Counted from the whole stretch's first letter, positions 36,001 to 48,849 are shown. The stretch: 63,999 nt of DNA, filler included, from Dirinaria sp. TL-2023a (GCA_051941275.1; 8 parts of 8 records of this genome joined end to end with filler, not necessarily neighbours in it); one strand, 5' to 3'. Numbers and translations are program-made. Notes: a model not told the origin generated them from the sequence alone.

Positions 36001-36471
36001 TGATTGCGAAAATGGAGTGGTGGGTGATGTCAGACTCGCAGAGGTGCTCGAGGCACCGTTCGTTGTCGAGGGAAAGGCAGTGATGAGTTGGGAGGGAGGC
36101 TGCTTTGTATTCGGTGACGGAGCAGATCCAGAAAGAGCGATATAAGAGTCGACACATTTCGAAATGATTGTGTCTTCAAATTCCCCTTCTTGGTCTATAT
36201 TGAAAAGCTTGCCGGCGCCCAAGGCAAATACCATGCTCTCATTGTATTCTTGCAAGTTATAGTAGACCTTGGCAGCCACCAGCGCGGCAAGCTCTCGCTC
36301 CGGAAAGGTTGGATCTTCATACAGCGCTTCGATTTCCCCTATCGAGTCGACGATCTCGGTCCATAGAGAGTCAATCTGCTCGTTAAGCTGTCGCAAAGCG
36401 TATATTTGCAGCTCATGATCAGGTTCCGATAGGTATCCAACCACGCCAGCGGCCGATGTGAGCCCGACCAT
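33001..36471 (-). CDS. RPN2: 26S proteasome regulatory subunit Rpn2
   Basis: MVGLTSAAG start, PC repeats, FFRDNLEWLGKAVNWSKF, QYWYWFPL. In-frame 57-nt intron 35560-35616. Confidence 0.97.
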   Translation of the reverse strand: MVGLTSAAGVVGYLSEPDHELQIYALRQLNEQIDSLWTEIVDSIGEIEALYEDPTFPERELAALVAAKVYYNLQEYNESMVFALGAGKLFNIDQEGEFEDTIISKCVDSYIALSGSAPSPNTKQPPSQLITAFPSTTNGASSTSASLTSPTTPFSQSTLPSRSLLSRQDSISNQDQSVQIDGETAVPGALPSSVASQSGFQQQLQAVIDQLFERCFRDGRYRQVVGIAVEARKLDVLKKTFLRASEDEKRENKPLATKTPRGEELLEYLLEICMDIVQERSLRNEVRYNCDHHWLPNILTLPTQLLRLILDLLQDIPSPDYFSIARCIVYLNEHAMASEMLVQLVQKKNAKSLAIAYQIAFDLYDNSTQEFLKKVREGLPKPPAPAATEDSEEMQEDSGEGAKESDPLLEGSSSDGPRSEEDMSEDAKKAYESIRTILQGTKSIELDLEFLYRNNHTDMAILNKIKDSLEARNSIFHTAVTLANAFMHAGTMNDKFFRDNLEWLGKAVNWSKFTATAALGVIHRGNLGQGQKLLEPYLPKDQVSGTNTGSAYSQGGSLYALGLIYANHETFALDLIRNHFKTATEEVVQHGGALGLGVAGMATGDEGIYEDLKGVLYTDSALNGEAVGIAMGLIMLGTGSIKALEDMIQYAHDTQHEKIVRGLALGMALIMYGRQEGADELVNGLLDDPDPILRYGGIQTLSLAYCGTGSNKAVRKLLHVAVSDVSDDVRRMAVISLGFILFRKPSSVPRMVELLSESYNPHVRYGAAMALGISCAGTGLDEAIDLLEPMIKDPTDFVRQGALIALSMIMVQQNEAMNPKVGTIRKTLQKAIGDRHEDAMTKFGSAISLGIIDAGGRNCTISLQTQTGNLNMGGIVGMAVFIQYWYWFPLTHFLSLSFAPTSITAIDQDLEIPNFKFYSATRPSLFDYPPEQEAKTEDAPEKVKTAVLSTTAQAKRRAQKKEKQQRQESMDIDQTPTTPKTSGLGDKMDTDESAVKVEDEKDDGAEKKEGDESKDGGLKKKLEKEKVGYHLENMSRVVPMQRKFITFPEGRYEPVKKPTGGVILLVDTTPSEEKSLMELKAKKPVKPAAAPETLQDRVTAAFNQQEAASTTRADSGGAAEAAGVLTAVDEDAEGSEEAEVPREFEYFEDEQQEEGQ

Positions 36472-37375
36472 GGTAGAGTATGGCGCCACCAAGATGTCGA
36501 TTTTTTGGGTCGGTAACGGCTTGCTGACGGGTCCGCTGCCTCCGATGGCGGTGGTTGAAGATGAGGAGGTACGTGCTTGAGAAAGGTGAAACACAATAGT
36601 CCTAGAAAAGTGAAAGGCTGGCCAGATGCTAGAACCTGAAGACAGTCCTAGAACGATACAGTTGAGGCCCTAGAACAGCTTCACTTGGATGTACAGTGAG
36701 GTCGAATTCTGAGCTGGCTCGCAGGTGTACGTGACGCTCTTGAACTAGCAACGGAAGATCGTTCTGCCGCCCGATATGACAGTCAAGGCGCTAACCCTCT
36801 TTCAGCTTCCCCTGCTTTGGGGGAAATAATATGTTAGATCTTGTGCAGGCTCAGGACCTGAATAATAAAAGTTTGCTTCAGGTCGAAAAATGGTCACAGA
36901 CCTCACAGACCTTCAAAGGTCGTCCATCACTTCTTCAATTCAGTATTCAATAGTGTAAAGTGGTCGGAGTAGAAACAGACTTTAGGTTTGGATCACATCA
37001 TCCTAAGGATATTCAAGACCACCCCTTCAGACGAAAGATTCAATGTTTCACTTCCCTCTCAAGATTTAAGGATTGTAATGAGCATAGAATACACTGCATG
37101 CCTCCTAATTCTACGAAACCATAGCATTCCTGCGTCTGATCATCGGCAATTCCGCTGCTGAAACCGCCTCCAAATCCTCTAGGCAAGCGAAGCGCATCTG
37201 CTTGACAAACAAAGACCACCGACCGCTTCGTGCTCCTGCCACATTCTCAGGCAACAGAGCAACACCTATCGGCCTGATTCAAGGTGCTCATGCGCCTAGC
37301 GAATATTCTCACGTTTGATGGGGTTATAGAGGCCGACCTCGGAAGATTGGGCAGAGGGAAACTGCAACACTCAGA

Positions 37376-40178
37376 ATGGATATACGGTCTCTAATCGACC
37401 CTGAGCCTCCAAAATCGGTCCCCAAAAGGGAATCGCCGAGCCAGAAGAGTGAGGCCAGACAGCCTGGCCAGGCTTCCTCGAACAATTACCAGGGACCTTT
37501 CAATGCACCGCCGCCCGGACATCATTCCCACCGTGACACAAGACCTCCTCAACCGCCCCCTCTCCAAGCGCCAGCACAGACCGAATTTGGGTCCTCCAGC
37601 GCTTCGTCTTATCCTTCAGCTTTGTCGCCTTACCAGCATGCCCCAGCCACTGCATTGAGCGGTGGACAGTATCCATTTCCCCAGCACACAAACCAGAGCC
37701 CCTCCCACGTAGCTATGGGGTATACCCAACGAGATGGGCATTCGGCTCCCTTGAGTGCCGGATACCCACCTTATGGGCAGTCGACCCCGTCAACTCCAGG
37801 CAGTGCGCAAACATACGTCAATCAGACCCGTCCGCAGTCATCGCACTCATCGACCCCGACCTCAGCACAAGCCCATGCTACATCTTTTCCACGACAGAGC
37901 CCCTCGAACTCTCGCTCTCAGAACCGAGGCCCTCCACAGAATTTACCGAACCAGCCATACCCGTCGCAACCTAATACTCCACTGGGTCCGCCGTCAACGC
38001 TGGGAAGAACGAATACAGGACTCCGGCGAGAGTCGCCGAGCCCGTATGGGCACAGCCGTACTCACTCTGGAGGCTCATTTGGCCATCCTCCCTTACCGAC
38101 TCAGTCGCCAATCGGAGAACACCAAGCTTTAGCTGGTGGGTCACCGCAAAGCTATAACGCAAGGCAATCTCAACCTGCTTATAGGGATCAGTCGGCTAGC
38201 GTTGAACGCGAGAGAAGTTTGAGTGTCAGTCCCAAAACAAGATTACCAAGCCAGCCAAAGGTCGACGTATCTAAGATGGTAGAGCAACGCCATCAGCCTC
38301 AAGGATATTCGGCTTCGGCTAGCGAAGTGTCTGCGGTTAAATCAGAAAGTCGAAGTTCCCATGATCAGTCTATGAATCACGGCCCAACTCGATCTATAAC
38401 GCTTGGCGTGAATGGGATTTTGAACGGGCCCGCAATCAATGAAGACAGTCAGCAAACAAGGGATCCACCAAAACCTCCCAAGCAAACTGGCTCGCAAGAT
38501 ATGTCATATTTACACGGCACCGCTCATCAGTACCCTAATTCCCCACCTGGACCCGAACTTGACCGAGTTTCTCGAACGCCACCGGTCAAGTTTCCAACAG
38601 CTTCTCCTACAGGGTCCTCGTCCGTGCGCCAGAGTAATTCGAGCCAGCATCCGGTTAATACCTATGACGGTGGTACACAGCCTCAAACTTCATTCTATTC
38701 CCCGAAATCGCACTCATCTACACAGTCGCATTTCGCGGCAGTCAAACCTCCCTTAATGGATGGTACAGAGGGAGCACCAGGCTCGACCGTTGTTCCACTA
38801 CAACACTTGAAAGCGGAGAATTCCGGGCCTTCGTTGAGCGCTGTACCCGTGCCTCTTCAGTCTACGTCCAGGAAAAGACAATACGAAGAACCACCCATAT
38901 GGGCTCAATCTTCCCGCAAAGGACGTCCACGCAATCCTTTCATGTGGAAGGATGGGGAGGGTCGCAGCAGAGCTGCAGCATCTGCCAAACGAGAAGCACC
39001 TGTGGCTAAAGCGCCACCTCCTCAAAGTAGCCAACAACCTCCCGCGAACCACGAGGGTAATGGGCATGTTGCATCCAGCAACGTTGTGCAGGTGCCTCGA
39101 CCTCAGCCAAAAATGGACGAAGTCGGACCTTTGGGACCGTGGGAGCCGAGTATATTGAACATCATCCCTTCCGAGGAAGTGACTCGAGTGCTTTCGGATT
39201 TTTTGTTTACTGAAGTTGTGATAAGAGACGACGTCGGTGTGGCCCTTGCTGGAGGTGGGAAAGCTCAAGGGGCGGTTTTGGAGATCGAGGCAAAACTCGG
39301 CCAGCTGATCGACAAGAACACCAATGATCGAATTCGCATACCTGTCATGTCAGAATGCGTGGTCTGTAGAACAGACCCTAGCTTACGTATCGCTTTCAAA
39401 AGTTCTATGACAGAGGTAAGCGAAGGCAGTCGTCGCTGTGTTTGCTCTTGAACTCAAAGTGCCAAGCTCACCAGACATGCAGGCCCAACATCGCGCTCTT
39501 AACGGTTTCCTGAATAAAGCCCTTGTAGATTCTCAGCCCCCGCAGCGTATGAAGATGGCCTATGTGCATACCTATGAGAATGACACCTTTTACGACATGT
39601 CGCAAAACGGAGCTCTTTCCCTTCCAGCATCCATTCGCAAGCAGATGGATCCAAGGAATCCAAGGACAATACCTAAAATACGTGTCACTCATAACAAGAA
39701 AACCGGAGAAGAGATCGCCAAGATCGTCAAAGCGCGAGTCGCCGACATTGACGTCTATAGTCCGCGCACAGCATTTGATTGGCGGGTAAGCGTTAACGTC
39801 GAGATGCGCATTGAAGGCGACTTGAGGGATCTCGTTGAACCAGGTTCGACTGGGAGAAAGGGCGCAGACAGGAACAAGGACAGGATGAGCTACAGGCATT
39901 TGGCTTATCAAATCGATCTTACTCAAGTCACATCGCCCGAGGTACGTCACTGAGAATTTTGCCAACGAAGCCTTTTCGGTTTCTGTCGTCAGAAGCTGAT
40001 ATCTTTGTTCCAGGCAGCCAGCAAATTTGACAAGGAGCATGAACTCGAGATCGAAGTCTCCAGTTTAGAAGTCCGAAGACAGGGGCAATTGGCCCGCGAC
40101 GGCAATGCCAACCAGTACGACGAGCTGGTTCGAGGATTCGCGGACAATGTTCGGATTCTGGCAAGGCACTGTCAATAA
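37376..40178 (+). CDS. CET1: mRNA capping enzyme beta subunit (RNA 5'-triphosphatase)
   Basis: PPIWAQ (Ceg1-binding WAQ motif), LEIEAKLG, FDWRVSVNVE, RNKDRMSYRH, QIDLTQV, EHELEIEV. Two GT-AG introns. Confidence 0.93.
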
Positions 40179-40719
40179 TGATTGGAAGGATTCCAGCATT
40201 TTTTTTTTTCGCTTTGAGAAGGTTGCTTCTTGCAGGCACCAAACAACTTCTTCTCTTCGTTTTGGCGGGTTATAATCGACGACTTTTGGACTGTAGGCTT
40301 AGTTATGATACCCCGAGGATTGAAATGAGGATTTGAACACGACTCTCCGATTGCACGATGTCTGTAGGACTGATATCTGACTCGATGAAAGACATGAAGT
40401 TGAGTACCTCTTTCAGCAATCCAAGACAACCCTAATTGAGCCCTTGATCCTTCAAAATTGCAAAATAAACCGCAACATTTGGTCATCCCGAGCAAAAAGT
40501 AAAGTAAGCCATCCTCCTCACCCTCTCAACCCTCCCTATAGGAAGAAAACAAATCCAACCCAAAAAAAAAAAAAAAAAAAAAGGGGCAGGGGAAATGGAC
40601 ACCCTGCGCAGCACTCTCCAACCCCTAACGCACTCCCTACCGCCGCCAATAACCTCACTACTCACGTCCCTGCTGGGCCCAACCTGCTACCGCACGCTCA
40701 TCCTCGACCTCTCCCTAAC

Positions 40720-40819
40720 NNNNNNNNNNNNNNNNNNNNNNNNNNNNNNNNNNNNNNNNNNNNTTAATTAATTAANNNNNNNNNNNNNNNNNNNNNNNNN
40801 NNNNNNNNNNNNNNNNNNN
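40720..40819. other. Artificial contig linker
   Basis: N-run + TTAATTAATTAA + N-run. Confidence 0.98.
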
Positions 40820-40845
40820 TTTCATCAGAGGTCAACAACGAACAC

Positions 40846-42180
40846 TCACATCATCTCCCCCCTCTCCATCTTCGCCTTGCCGTACTTCTTCAGCCGAATG
40901 GCCTGGACCCCGATAAACCCCGTCGTGTCCGCAGGATTGAAGTCGCCGATCTCATCCATGCTGCTCTCGCTCGCGTCGTAGAGCGCGGCGGTTCCCGAGC
41001 TGCGGCCGAGGATGTTCATCTTGCCTTTGTAGGCGCTGCAGCGCACGACGCCGTTGACGTCTTTCTGGCTCGCGGCTAGACTTGCTGAAAGACTGTTTTT
41101 TGGTTTCCAAATTTTTGAGGTTAGAGTGAGGGTTTTTTGGAATGGGAAGGGGGGAGGGGGGAGGGGGCAGACGTACAATTCCCTTTCGGCGCTGAACCAC
41201 AAGCCGTTGTATAGCAATTTGCTGAAATTGAAGGACACGAATTGGTCCCGTAGCGCTCTCACCTCGCGATCCAGGACCAGCCCCTCGAGATCTAGATGCG
41301 CGGATCGCAGTAGCTCCATCCCCGGGCTCTCGTAGCATCCCCGCGATTTCAACCCAATGAATCGGTTCTCCACGATATCGACTCGGCCGACGCCGTTCCG
41401 TCCTCCGATCTTGTTCGCGGCGAGGAACAGCTCCAATGGGTCCTCAACCGTTTGGTATTTGCCACCATCTCTGTATTGCAATTTCACCGGCACGCCCTTC
41501 TCGAACGTGATGGCGAATTCTTCCACTGTGTCGGGGGCGTCGGTTGGATCGACCGTCAGCTGCCACATGTCCTTCGGCGGGGTCACGTTCGGATCCTCCA
41601 GTATGCCTGCCTCGTAGGAGCAATGCACGAGATTCTCGTCCATGCTCCAGGGTTTGCTCTTCGTGCTCGTGACGGGAATGCCTTGCTGCGCCGCGAAATC
41701 AAGCAGGTCATTCCTGCCCTGGAAGCGTTCGAAGAACTCGGGCAGCCGCCACGGCGCAATGACCTGGATCTTCGGCTGCAGGGCGTAGAACGCCAGCTCG
41801 AACCGCACCTGATCGTTCCCCTTCCCCGTGCACCCGTGGCTCACGAACTGGCAGCCCGTCTCCTTCGCAACCGCGATCTGCGCCCGAGCGATGATCGGCC
41901 GTGCCAGACTCGTCCCGAGCAGGTATATGTCCTCGTAGATAGCATTGCATTGTATGGCGGGGATGCACGTGTCCAGCACAAATTCTTTGCGCAGGTCCTG
42001 AATTCGGCAGTCCGAGGCCCCGATCTTCAGCGCTTTGGCCCGTGCGGCCGAGAAGTCCTCTTTCTGGCCCACGTCGGCCATGAAGCAGATTACCTCATAG
42101 CCCTTCTCGAGAAGCCATGCGAGGATGCAGGATGTGTCGAGACCGCCAGAGTAAGCAAGGCAGACTTTCTGCTTGGCCAT
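40846..42180 (-). CDS. ARG1: Argininosuccinate synthase
   Basis: LAYSGGLDTS, YLLGTSLARP, HGCTGKGNDQVRFE, ENRFIGLKSRGCYE. In-frame 84-nt intron 41093-41176. Confidence 0.97.
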   Translation of the reverse strand: MAKQKVCLAYSGGLDTSCILAWLLEKGYEVICFMADVGQKEDFSAARAKALKIGASDCRIQDLRKEFVLDTCIPAIQCNAIYEDIYLLGTSLARPIIARAQIAVAKETGCQFVSHGCTGKGNDQVRFELAFYALQPKIQVIAPWRLPEFFERFQGRNDLLDFAAQQGIPVTSTKSKPWSMDENLVHCSYEAGILEDPNVTPPKDMWQLTVDPTDAPDTVEEFAITFEKGVPVKLQYRDGGKYQTVEDPLELFLAANKIGGRNGVGRVDIVENRFIGLKSRGCYESPGMELLRSAHLDLEGLVLDREVRALRDQFVSFNFSKLLYNGLWFSAERELYVCPLPPPPFPFQKTLTLTSKIWKPKNSLSASLAASQKDVNGVVRCSAYKGKMNILGRSSGTAALYDASESSMDEIGDFNPADTTGFIGVQAIRLKKYGKAKMERGEMM

Positions 42181-42703
42181 TCTGTGAAGGGTGGTATGAG
42201 TAAGTGTGCGGGAAGGTTGGTAGAAGACTGACTTCAGTGTGGAAGAATGTAGAAGCGCGTATATCCAGCGAGATAATCAGGGAAAAATTCCGTAAATAAT
42301 AATGGGAGGGGTGAAAAGCGAAATTGAGAAATTCAATTGAGGAATGACGTTCCCTTCGGAGCTTCAAGAAAATGAATGTTTCTCTTCACATGGGGAAAAA
42401 AAAAAAGGGTTCTGCAGTCTTATCGATAAGTTAAACCCGAAGCTAACACGCCATTTCCGATGGAAGCCGCTCTCGCTCTGGCCACTCTCAAGTTCGTATC
42501 TATCGCTGTTCTGGACGATCAGAATGATCTTACTTATTGTGCAAACTGCTGCAGGACATATGCGTACATGAGTTCATGGCTTTCATGATCATGAAAGTTG
42601 CTTCTGAGACCTGATGCTCGAATACCAAAGTCTGCCGTCTTGGCCCGCCTTAGGGACCTTACCGTTTTCCAAAACCTTCCACGCTCTATAGCCGTTGGTA
42701 TCA

Positions 42704-44572
42704 TCATAAGCTCACAATGAGCCCTGCAAATAGTGCTGCGGTCATGATCCATGTATTTCTGTGGAATCTAGCAGCTGACCCTTGAACGCCAGCAACTGCA
42801 CCCGGAAAGTTACACGAGAGCTCGCCTGTCGAGTTGAAGCCGTACGTATAATTTAGACCATGACCTTTCAGAGGACAGGCGAAGCCCAAGCTCGCCGGGC
42901 AGCTGCGAACCACTTCGTAGCAGATATCAGCACACGGTAGGACCTCTTTATACGGACCAGGCTGGATTTGCCAGTCAATCATGGGATTGCGAGAGGAGTT
43001 CATGTATCGGGCGGTCTTGTTCGACTGGCTGAATGTAGGATCACTGAGGTTCGTAGCTGCACTTCCATTCGGGTAATTCTGGCCAACCGCTCGAGGTTGC
43101 AGGTAAGGAGCGTTGTTCGAATAATCCTCGCAACGGGGGATTGTGACTGCGCAAAGCCAGGTCTTGTACGCGTTGTCGCAATCATTACAATCTCTGGCAA
43201 GAGAGTATTGAGCCGAAGATGTAGTATCGCAAGCTATCTGCTGAAGCGAATTGCTAAAGTTCTGGTAGAGGTTCGCAGCATATGTATCGTACAAGGAACC
43301 GAGCGTAGTGAGATTCGGCTGTGTGTGCAGATTGGACGGAACGGCGTAGGCGACATTTGAGCAGAAAGACAGGTTGAAGATCACGGCACAATTGTTATCG
43401 GATTTGGTCGTAAAGCGAACCGTGTTGTAAACAGTCCCGCCTCCGCCGGGAATACCGCTGCCGGATTTGCCAGAGTTGCCAGCAATAGCCTTGATACCGT
43501 AATAGGCCGCACTGCCGTTCAATGTTTTAACATAGAAGTGCTGCTGTGGTTTGCCTAGCGATAAAGGCATCATACCACTATCCACATCGCCTGTCGCTGA
43601 CCCATTGATATTGCCTTTGATTTGAGCATGATTTTGAAGTCCACAGAACGAGTTTTGTAGGCCCCAGATTGCCGGATCCTGTTGATTGTGAACAAAAATA
43701 CCAAACGACGTTGATTCATTGGAAGTTGAAGAGAGTAAAGCAGAGTTCGTGTCGCTATCAACAAGTACCATTTCTGGTTCCTCGCTATAGGATGCATAGG
43801 GTTGGTCGGTAGAAGCCGTAAGTTCATAGCTGTATATTCCCTTAAAGCCAGGACTATTTGCAGGGGCCACAACGCCAAAATACACGTCAGTCGATGCAGG
43901 AACAACAGTAGAGCCCAAGCCATATATGATTGGTACCGCAATTTCAGAATGACTGGCATCAGGCTTTGGCGTTTTGGTCGAAATATACAGCTGCAGTGGC
44001 GGCGGCGCTCCATTCGGATTTGATGAGGTCGGCGCAGGCTGATCGCACATATTCAAAGTGACGTATAAAGTAGCAGGATTGGTTTGTCGACTCTCCAGTT
44101 CCGCCCGCTTTAGCTCTGACGAGCCATCGACGAGCGACGCCCCTTCAGTGCCAGCCTCGGCCAGGCTTGATGGTGCATTTGATGGCTGGAATATTTTTCT
44201 GGCCCGAAGGTCTTTCCCAGGAAACCTATAATATTGGCTGTCTCCAGCATCGATATTATTTTTGCCAGGTTCATTGTTATTCAACGTTGCTGTTTCTTCT
44301 GCCCTTCCGGTCATACTCCTATCCAACCCAACAAAATTGGGCTCATAGGAGCCAAGCTCCTGTTCTCCATCGTGACCCGATAACCCATAAACCTCTGAAT
44401 GGAGATCTAATATTCGAGGATTGTTATGATCCGCTTGGATGATCGCATTGGTGTCAAGCGCATTGCTAAAGTGTGGGAATATGACGGCGGCATTGATGAT
44501 GATATCGAGGAAGACTATTGGAGCAGTGAACCCTTTCTGTAAGCGTGGGAAGTTCAACATGAGCAGCCGCAT
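42704..44572 (-). CDS. MID1: Stretch-activated Ca2+ channel regulatory subunit Mid1
   Basis: YEPNFVGLDRSMTGRA; Cys-rich C-terminus (FCSNVAYAVP, CNDCDNAYKTWLCAVTIPRC, SRNPMID, YKEVLPCADICYEVVRSCP); hydrophobic tail. Confidence 0.92.
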   Translation of the reverse strand: MRLLMLNFPRLQKGFTAPIVFLDIIINAAVIFPHFSNALDTNAIIQADHNNPRILDLHSEVYGLSGHDGEQELGSYEPNFVGLDRSMTGRAEETATLNNNEPGKNNIDAGDSQYYRFPGKDLRARKIFQPSNAPSSLAEAGTEGASLVDGSSELKRAELESRQTNPATLYVTLNMCDQPAPTSSNPNGAPPPLQLYISTKTPKPDASHSEIAVPIIYGLGSTVVPASTDVYFGVVAPANSPGFKGIYSYELTASTDQPYASYSEEPEMVLVDSDTNSALLSSTSNESTSFGIFVHNQQDPAIWGLQNSFCGLQNHAQIKGNINGSATGDVDSGMMPLSLGKPQQHFYVKTLNGSAAYYGIKAIAGNSGKSGSGIPGGGGTVYNTVRFTTKSDNNCAVIFNLSFCSNVAYAVPSNLHTQPNLTTLGSLYDTYAANLYQNFSNSLQQIACDTTSSAQYSLARDCNDCDNAYKTWLCAVTIPRCEDYSNNAPYLQPRAVGQNYPNGSAATNLSDPTFSQSNKTARYMNSSRNPMIDWQIQPGPYKEVLPCADICYEVVRSCPASLGFACPLKGHGLNYTYGFNSTGELSCNFPGAVAGVQGSAARFHRNTWIMTAALFAGLIVSL

Positions 44573-45047
44573 AGACTTTTATGAGAGAAGACCCGCTTGC
44601 TCTCTTGCCCTTCGTTCAGTAGCTGGAGAAAGTAATTAATGACCATTGAGATACGCCTTTGGAACGGTCTCAAATGGAGGTGCAGCAACTTGATGGTACG
44701 GAAACTGCAACATGAGCAATTTGACGACAAGAGCGAACTCGCGGAGTATCTTAAGATAGGACCACGGGACGATACAAGAGATAATGCGGTTCGAGGCTGT
44801 GTGGCACGAAACCTGAGGCTGACGATGGAATCGGGCCGTTGTTTCGCCGCAATTACTCCTCTAGGATATGATGCCTCGGATGCATCGTCCCCTAGACATT
44901 ACATGCTTCTTCGTCTTCTTTCCTTTCGAGGTGTAGGCTCCAGCATATTTACAGGTACTAATTGACATTGTGGTGCGAGGCGCATCATATCGAGCTATGG
45001 CAGCCGATATATCAGCTATTTTATCATCTTCGTAGTGAGAGCTGGAA

Positions 45048-47818
45048 ATGTCAGGAAAGCGCATACTCGATGCAGCAGCGATATTCAAAGCTTCTCGGAC
45101 TGTGGCCGCGAGAATTTTAGTACATCGCAGACGCCAATGGGACGAATATAGCAAAACCTCCACGCTAGCAAAAGCTGTCAGGAATCAAACAGGTCGCATT
45201 ACTCTTGCGGTACGAGCAGCGTCAGCTCTTACGGACCGCTTCAATGGACCCGGCCCCGCTTATTCCACCAAGGCCGGTGGTATCAGCAAGGTCGATAAGG
45301 ACTCGTCTGTGCCATCGCAAAACAGCGTTGGAGGTGCAGCAGAGACGGTCAAGCAGAGGCAAGGTTTAGAGCAGGATCACTTCTACGAGAAGTCGCCAAA
45401 AAACACCACTGCAGAACCATTACACGAAGATCAACTTGGTATAAAGCAAGAGCAGGCAAAGAAACACCCTCTACCTGATGGCTCCATCCCACCTTCAGGT
45501 GCAGGTGATTCTCATGCGAAACCTGATAAAGAGGTGTTTTCAGAAATACCGTCTTACGAAGCCGCCAAGGAGCCGTTGTCTGAGGATGATGAGGCACCTG
45601 CGGACAGTCTGAAGCCTTCTTCATCCAGCGGCTCTAGTATACCGGTGCCTCAGGATGAGAAGCAGGCCCTGTCGGCGAACAAAGCGAAGAGATTACAGCG
45701 GCAAGCAGAAAAACAAATCCCTTCTCAGGCGGCTGAGCCTCCCCCTACCGAGGCATCAGATCCAGCTTCTGCAGTATCCTCAAATGTGGAGACGAAGGAG
45801 CTAGGTGTGAACCAGGAGCAAGATACTTTCTACACGCCATCTCCGAAGACCGGAGATGTATTGTCCGCTCTTCCGCGGGTAAAGCTTCCAAAATCTACTG
45901 AGGACACTCAACGAAGCAACCCTCGTGTACCCGATGAGCATATCAACCAAGATGTTTTCTACTCTTCAGACCCGGTGCACGGAGAAGGGGCAGTCCCTCA
46001 AGATCAAGCTTTGCCTGGGCAGGACGCTCCATCAGAAGAGATGTTCTCCGAGCTCTTTCATAGTCCTAAAGTTGCAAAAATGCTTAAAAATCAGCCTCGT
46101 AAGGACAGTTCTAGCAATGTAGTGGATCAAATGGGTGAGCAAGCTCTCCAGCCAGGCAATGCCAAGTCAGGAAAGGGCAATGATCAAGGATCCGCCGGTA
46201 AGGTAGAACATGAAAATAAAAAACAGCCGGGCCGTGTAAACGCGACCAGCACTCAAGAGACTCGAGATCTATCTGCAGAAGACGATGCAAGGAAACTAGC
46301 TGAAGATATGGCTAGGGATGCCGGATCATCTCAGGTGCGTTCAAAAGGCACGCTTCAGGCTTGTGACATCATTACTGATGGCTGACAGCGTTCGCGTAGC
46401 TAGCGGGAGAAGCAGCTGCGCAAGGCAAGGAGGTTCCGTATGAAATGCGCGAGTCCCCGGTGCCATCATCGCGTTTTGGCCGACTCTGGCAGTATGGAGG
46501 TCTTGCAACATCGATGGCCTTTGGCGCTGTTGGGGAGAGCTTTCGCCGTGTCAGCGGTAGTGGTGAGACTGGCGGATCCTTGATGCTCAGCGCTGGTAAT
46601 ATGCAACGGCTTGTAGCCAAGCTTTCAAGGATGCGTGGAGCTGCGTTAAAGCTGGGACAGATGATGAGCTTTCAAGGTCTGCACGCACCCACGCCGTTGT
46701 TTGCTATATGTTATTGAGACTTTCTAGACTCAAAGATGCTTCCTGGGCCAATCAACGAAGTGTTGCAGCGAGTCCAGGATAGTGCCGACTACATGCCGGC
46801 TTCCCAGCGCAACCATGTCCTTGCAAGTAACCTTGGCTCGGGTTGGAGAGACCTCTTTTCCTCATTCGACGAAAAGCCCATTGCCGCAGCTTCGATAGGC
46901 CAAGTACACCGCGCAGTGCTGAAATCCACCAATATGCCCGTTGCAATCAAAGTTCAATATCCCGGTGTAGCCAACTCCATCGACTCAGATCTCAACAATC
47001 TATCAATTCTTCTGACGGCTTCTCGATTATTGCCAAAAGGACTTTACCTTGACAAGACCATCGCCAATGCCCGCATAGAGCTGGCGTGGGAATGCGATTA
47101 TCTTCGAGAAGCTGAAGCCGGAAAGCGCTTTCAAAAGCTGCTGCAAGATGATCAAGATGTTTTCACCGTTCCATCTATCATCGAGGAAGCTTCATCGCCT
47201 CAAGTGCTCACTATGGAAATGATGACCGGTACTGGAGTCACCAAAGTCCGCAGCTTTACCCAGGAGCAGAAGGACTGGATTGGCACGCAGATTCTCCGCT
47301 TGTGCCTCCGAGAAATTACAGAATTCAAATACATGCAGACCGATCCTAATTGGACGAACTTCCTCTACAACGATGAAACAAAGAAGCTCGAGCTCCTCGA
47401 CTTTGGTGCTTCACGTGACTACCCGGACAAATTCATCGTCCCGTACATTAACATCCTTCAAGCCGCTGCCCGCAACGACCGAGCTGCGGTTCGTGATCTG
47501 AGCATCCAGCTAGGGTACCTTACCGGATACGAGTCCCAAACCATGCTCAATGCGCATGTCGACTCTGTCCTGACGCTTGCAGAACCTTTCAGCGATGGAT
47601 CTCCAGAGGTATACGATTTCAGGGATCAGACGATTACAGACAGGGTGAGAGGTCTGATACCTGTCATGGTCAGGGAGAGGCTGGCGCCACCGCCCGAAGA
47701 GACATATAGTCTACATCGGAAGCTGAGCGGAGCGTTCCTGCTCTGTGCTCGGTTAGGGTCAAGAGTTGGGTGTAGAGAGATGTTTGAGAAGGCAATGCAG
47801 AAAGCCAGTGCAGCTTGA
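45048..47818 (+). CDS. COQ8: ABC1/UbiB atypical kinase Coq8 (3 exons)
   Basis: [59 protein letters not shown]. Confidence 0.95.
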
Positions 47819-48849
47819 ATATAGAATCCTTCATATCAAGGATCCGTAATGGCAGACATTGAACAGATATGTTTTGGAAAACCCATACTGGGATAGATTC
47901 TCCAGGCTCTTTTCGGAGGAGTATAGAGTGAAAGCACTGAATAGTTTTCTTTCTATTGGGTTGAAACTCCTTGAGCTAGCAGTGTTTTCCTATCAGACCG
48001 TGTTCGGCAGATACTGAAACAGAAGACCCTCAATCACCTTAGTCCCCCTCCAAATAAACTCCCATAATTGATACCTCACAATAATTCCATTAATAAACAG
48101 TGTTCCCGCTCAGACTATGTGTCTCAAGACATGCATTCCTGTTTTAAGCGTATCCGGGGCAGATTGAACAGACTGTACTCAAAACCTAGATCGGGCTAGA
48201 CTAACCCCTTAATTGGAATAAGGTTGTACAGTTAGCGATTGGGAGTGAACTAAAGGGAAACCTTTGTTGGGTTAGACTGTTAAAGCCAGATTGGCACTCA
48301 TCTACAATTTTGTCAGTCATTTCTCAAGCAGAATATGATATCTGTGGTTATGAGAGATCTATGGTAGAGAATAGTTCCTGAGCTCTGTGGAATTTTGACA
48401 ATTACGAGTAATGTGTAGAGTAAAGCATACCAAGCACATACTCATGGACAAACTCCGATCTTGAAAATCATTGAGAAAACTTGTCAAGTATCTTGCCTCG
48501 TATCGACCATGGGTTACAATTAGGGTGCTGAAGCACTCCCGAAAACCTGTCTCACCTGATTTCGAGCCTGCTGCAGAAGAAATTACTTCGAACTATGAGT
48601 TGACTGCGAGACATCTTTTTCATGGGGGTTCCAAAAGAACCCTCTCTCAACCCTACCCCCTCAAAACCCCGAAACAGTGAGAACTAAACCTATCGCATCA
48701 CAATATCTCAGCATCTACCTGCGCACCAGCTCTCCTCAACCCCATCCCTCCTGCCTACCTACCAATCCCCTCCAAAACCAAGTCCCACTTACCTTCACTT
48801 CCTTCCTCCCCCGGAATAGAAAACCACACCACACCACACCCTCACCTCT

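Noticed and set aside
36472..36594. N-terminal extensions from non-ATG starts in the ORF track (Rpn2, protease, DUF1295, DUF3328, MBOAT, Tad3)
   Set aside because: The track allows GTG/TTG starts. Downstream ATGs match the family N-termini or signal peptides (least certain for Tad3).
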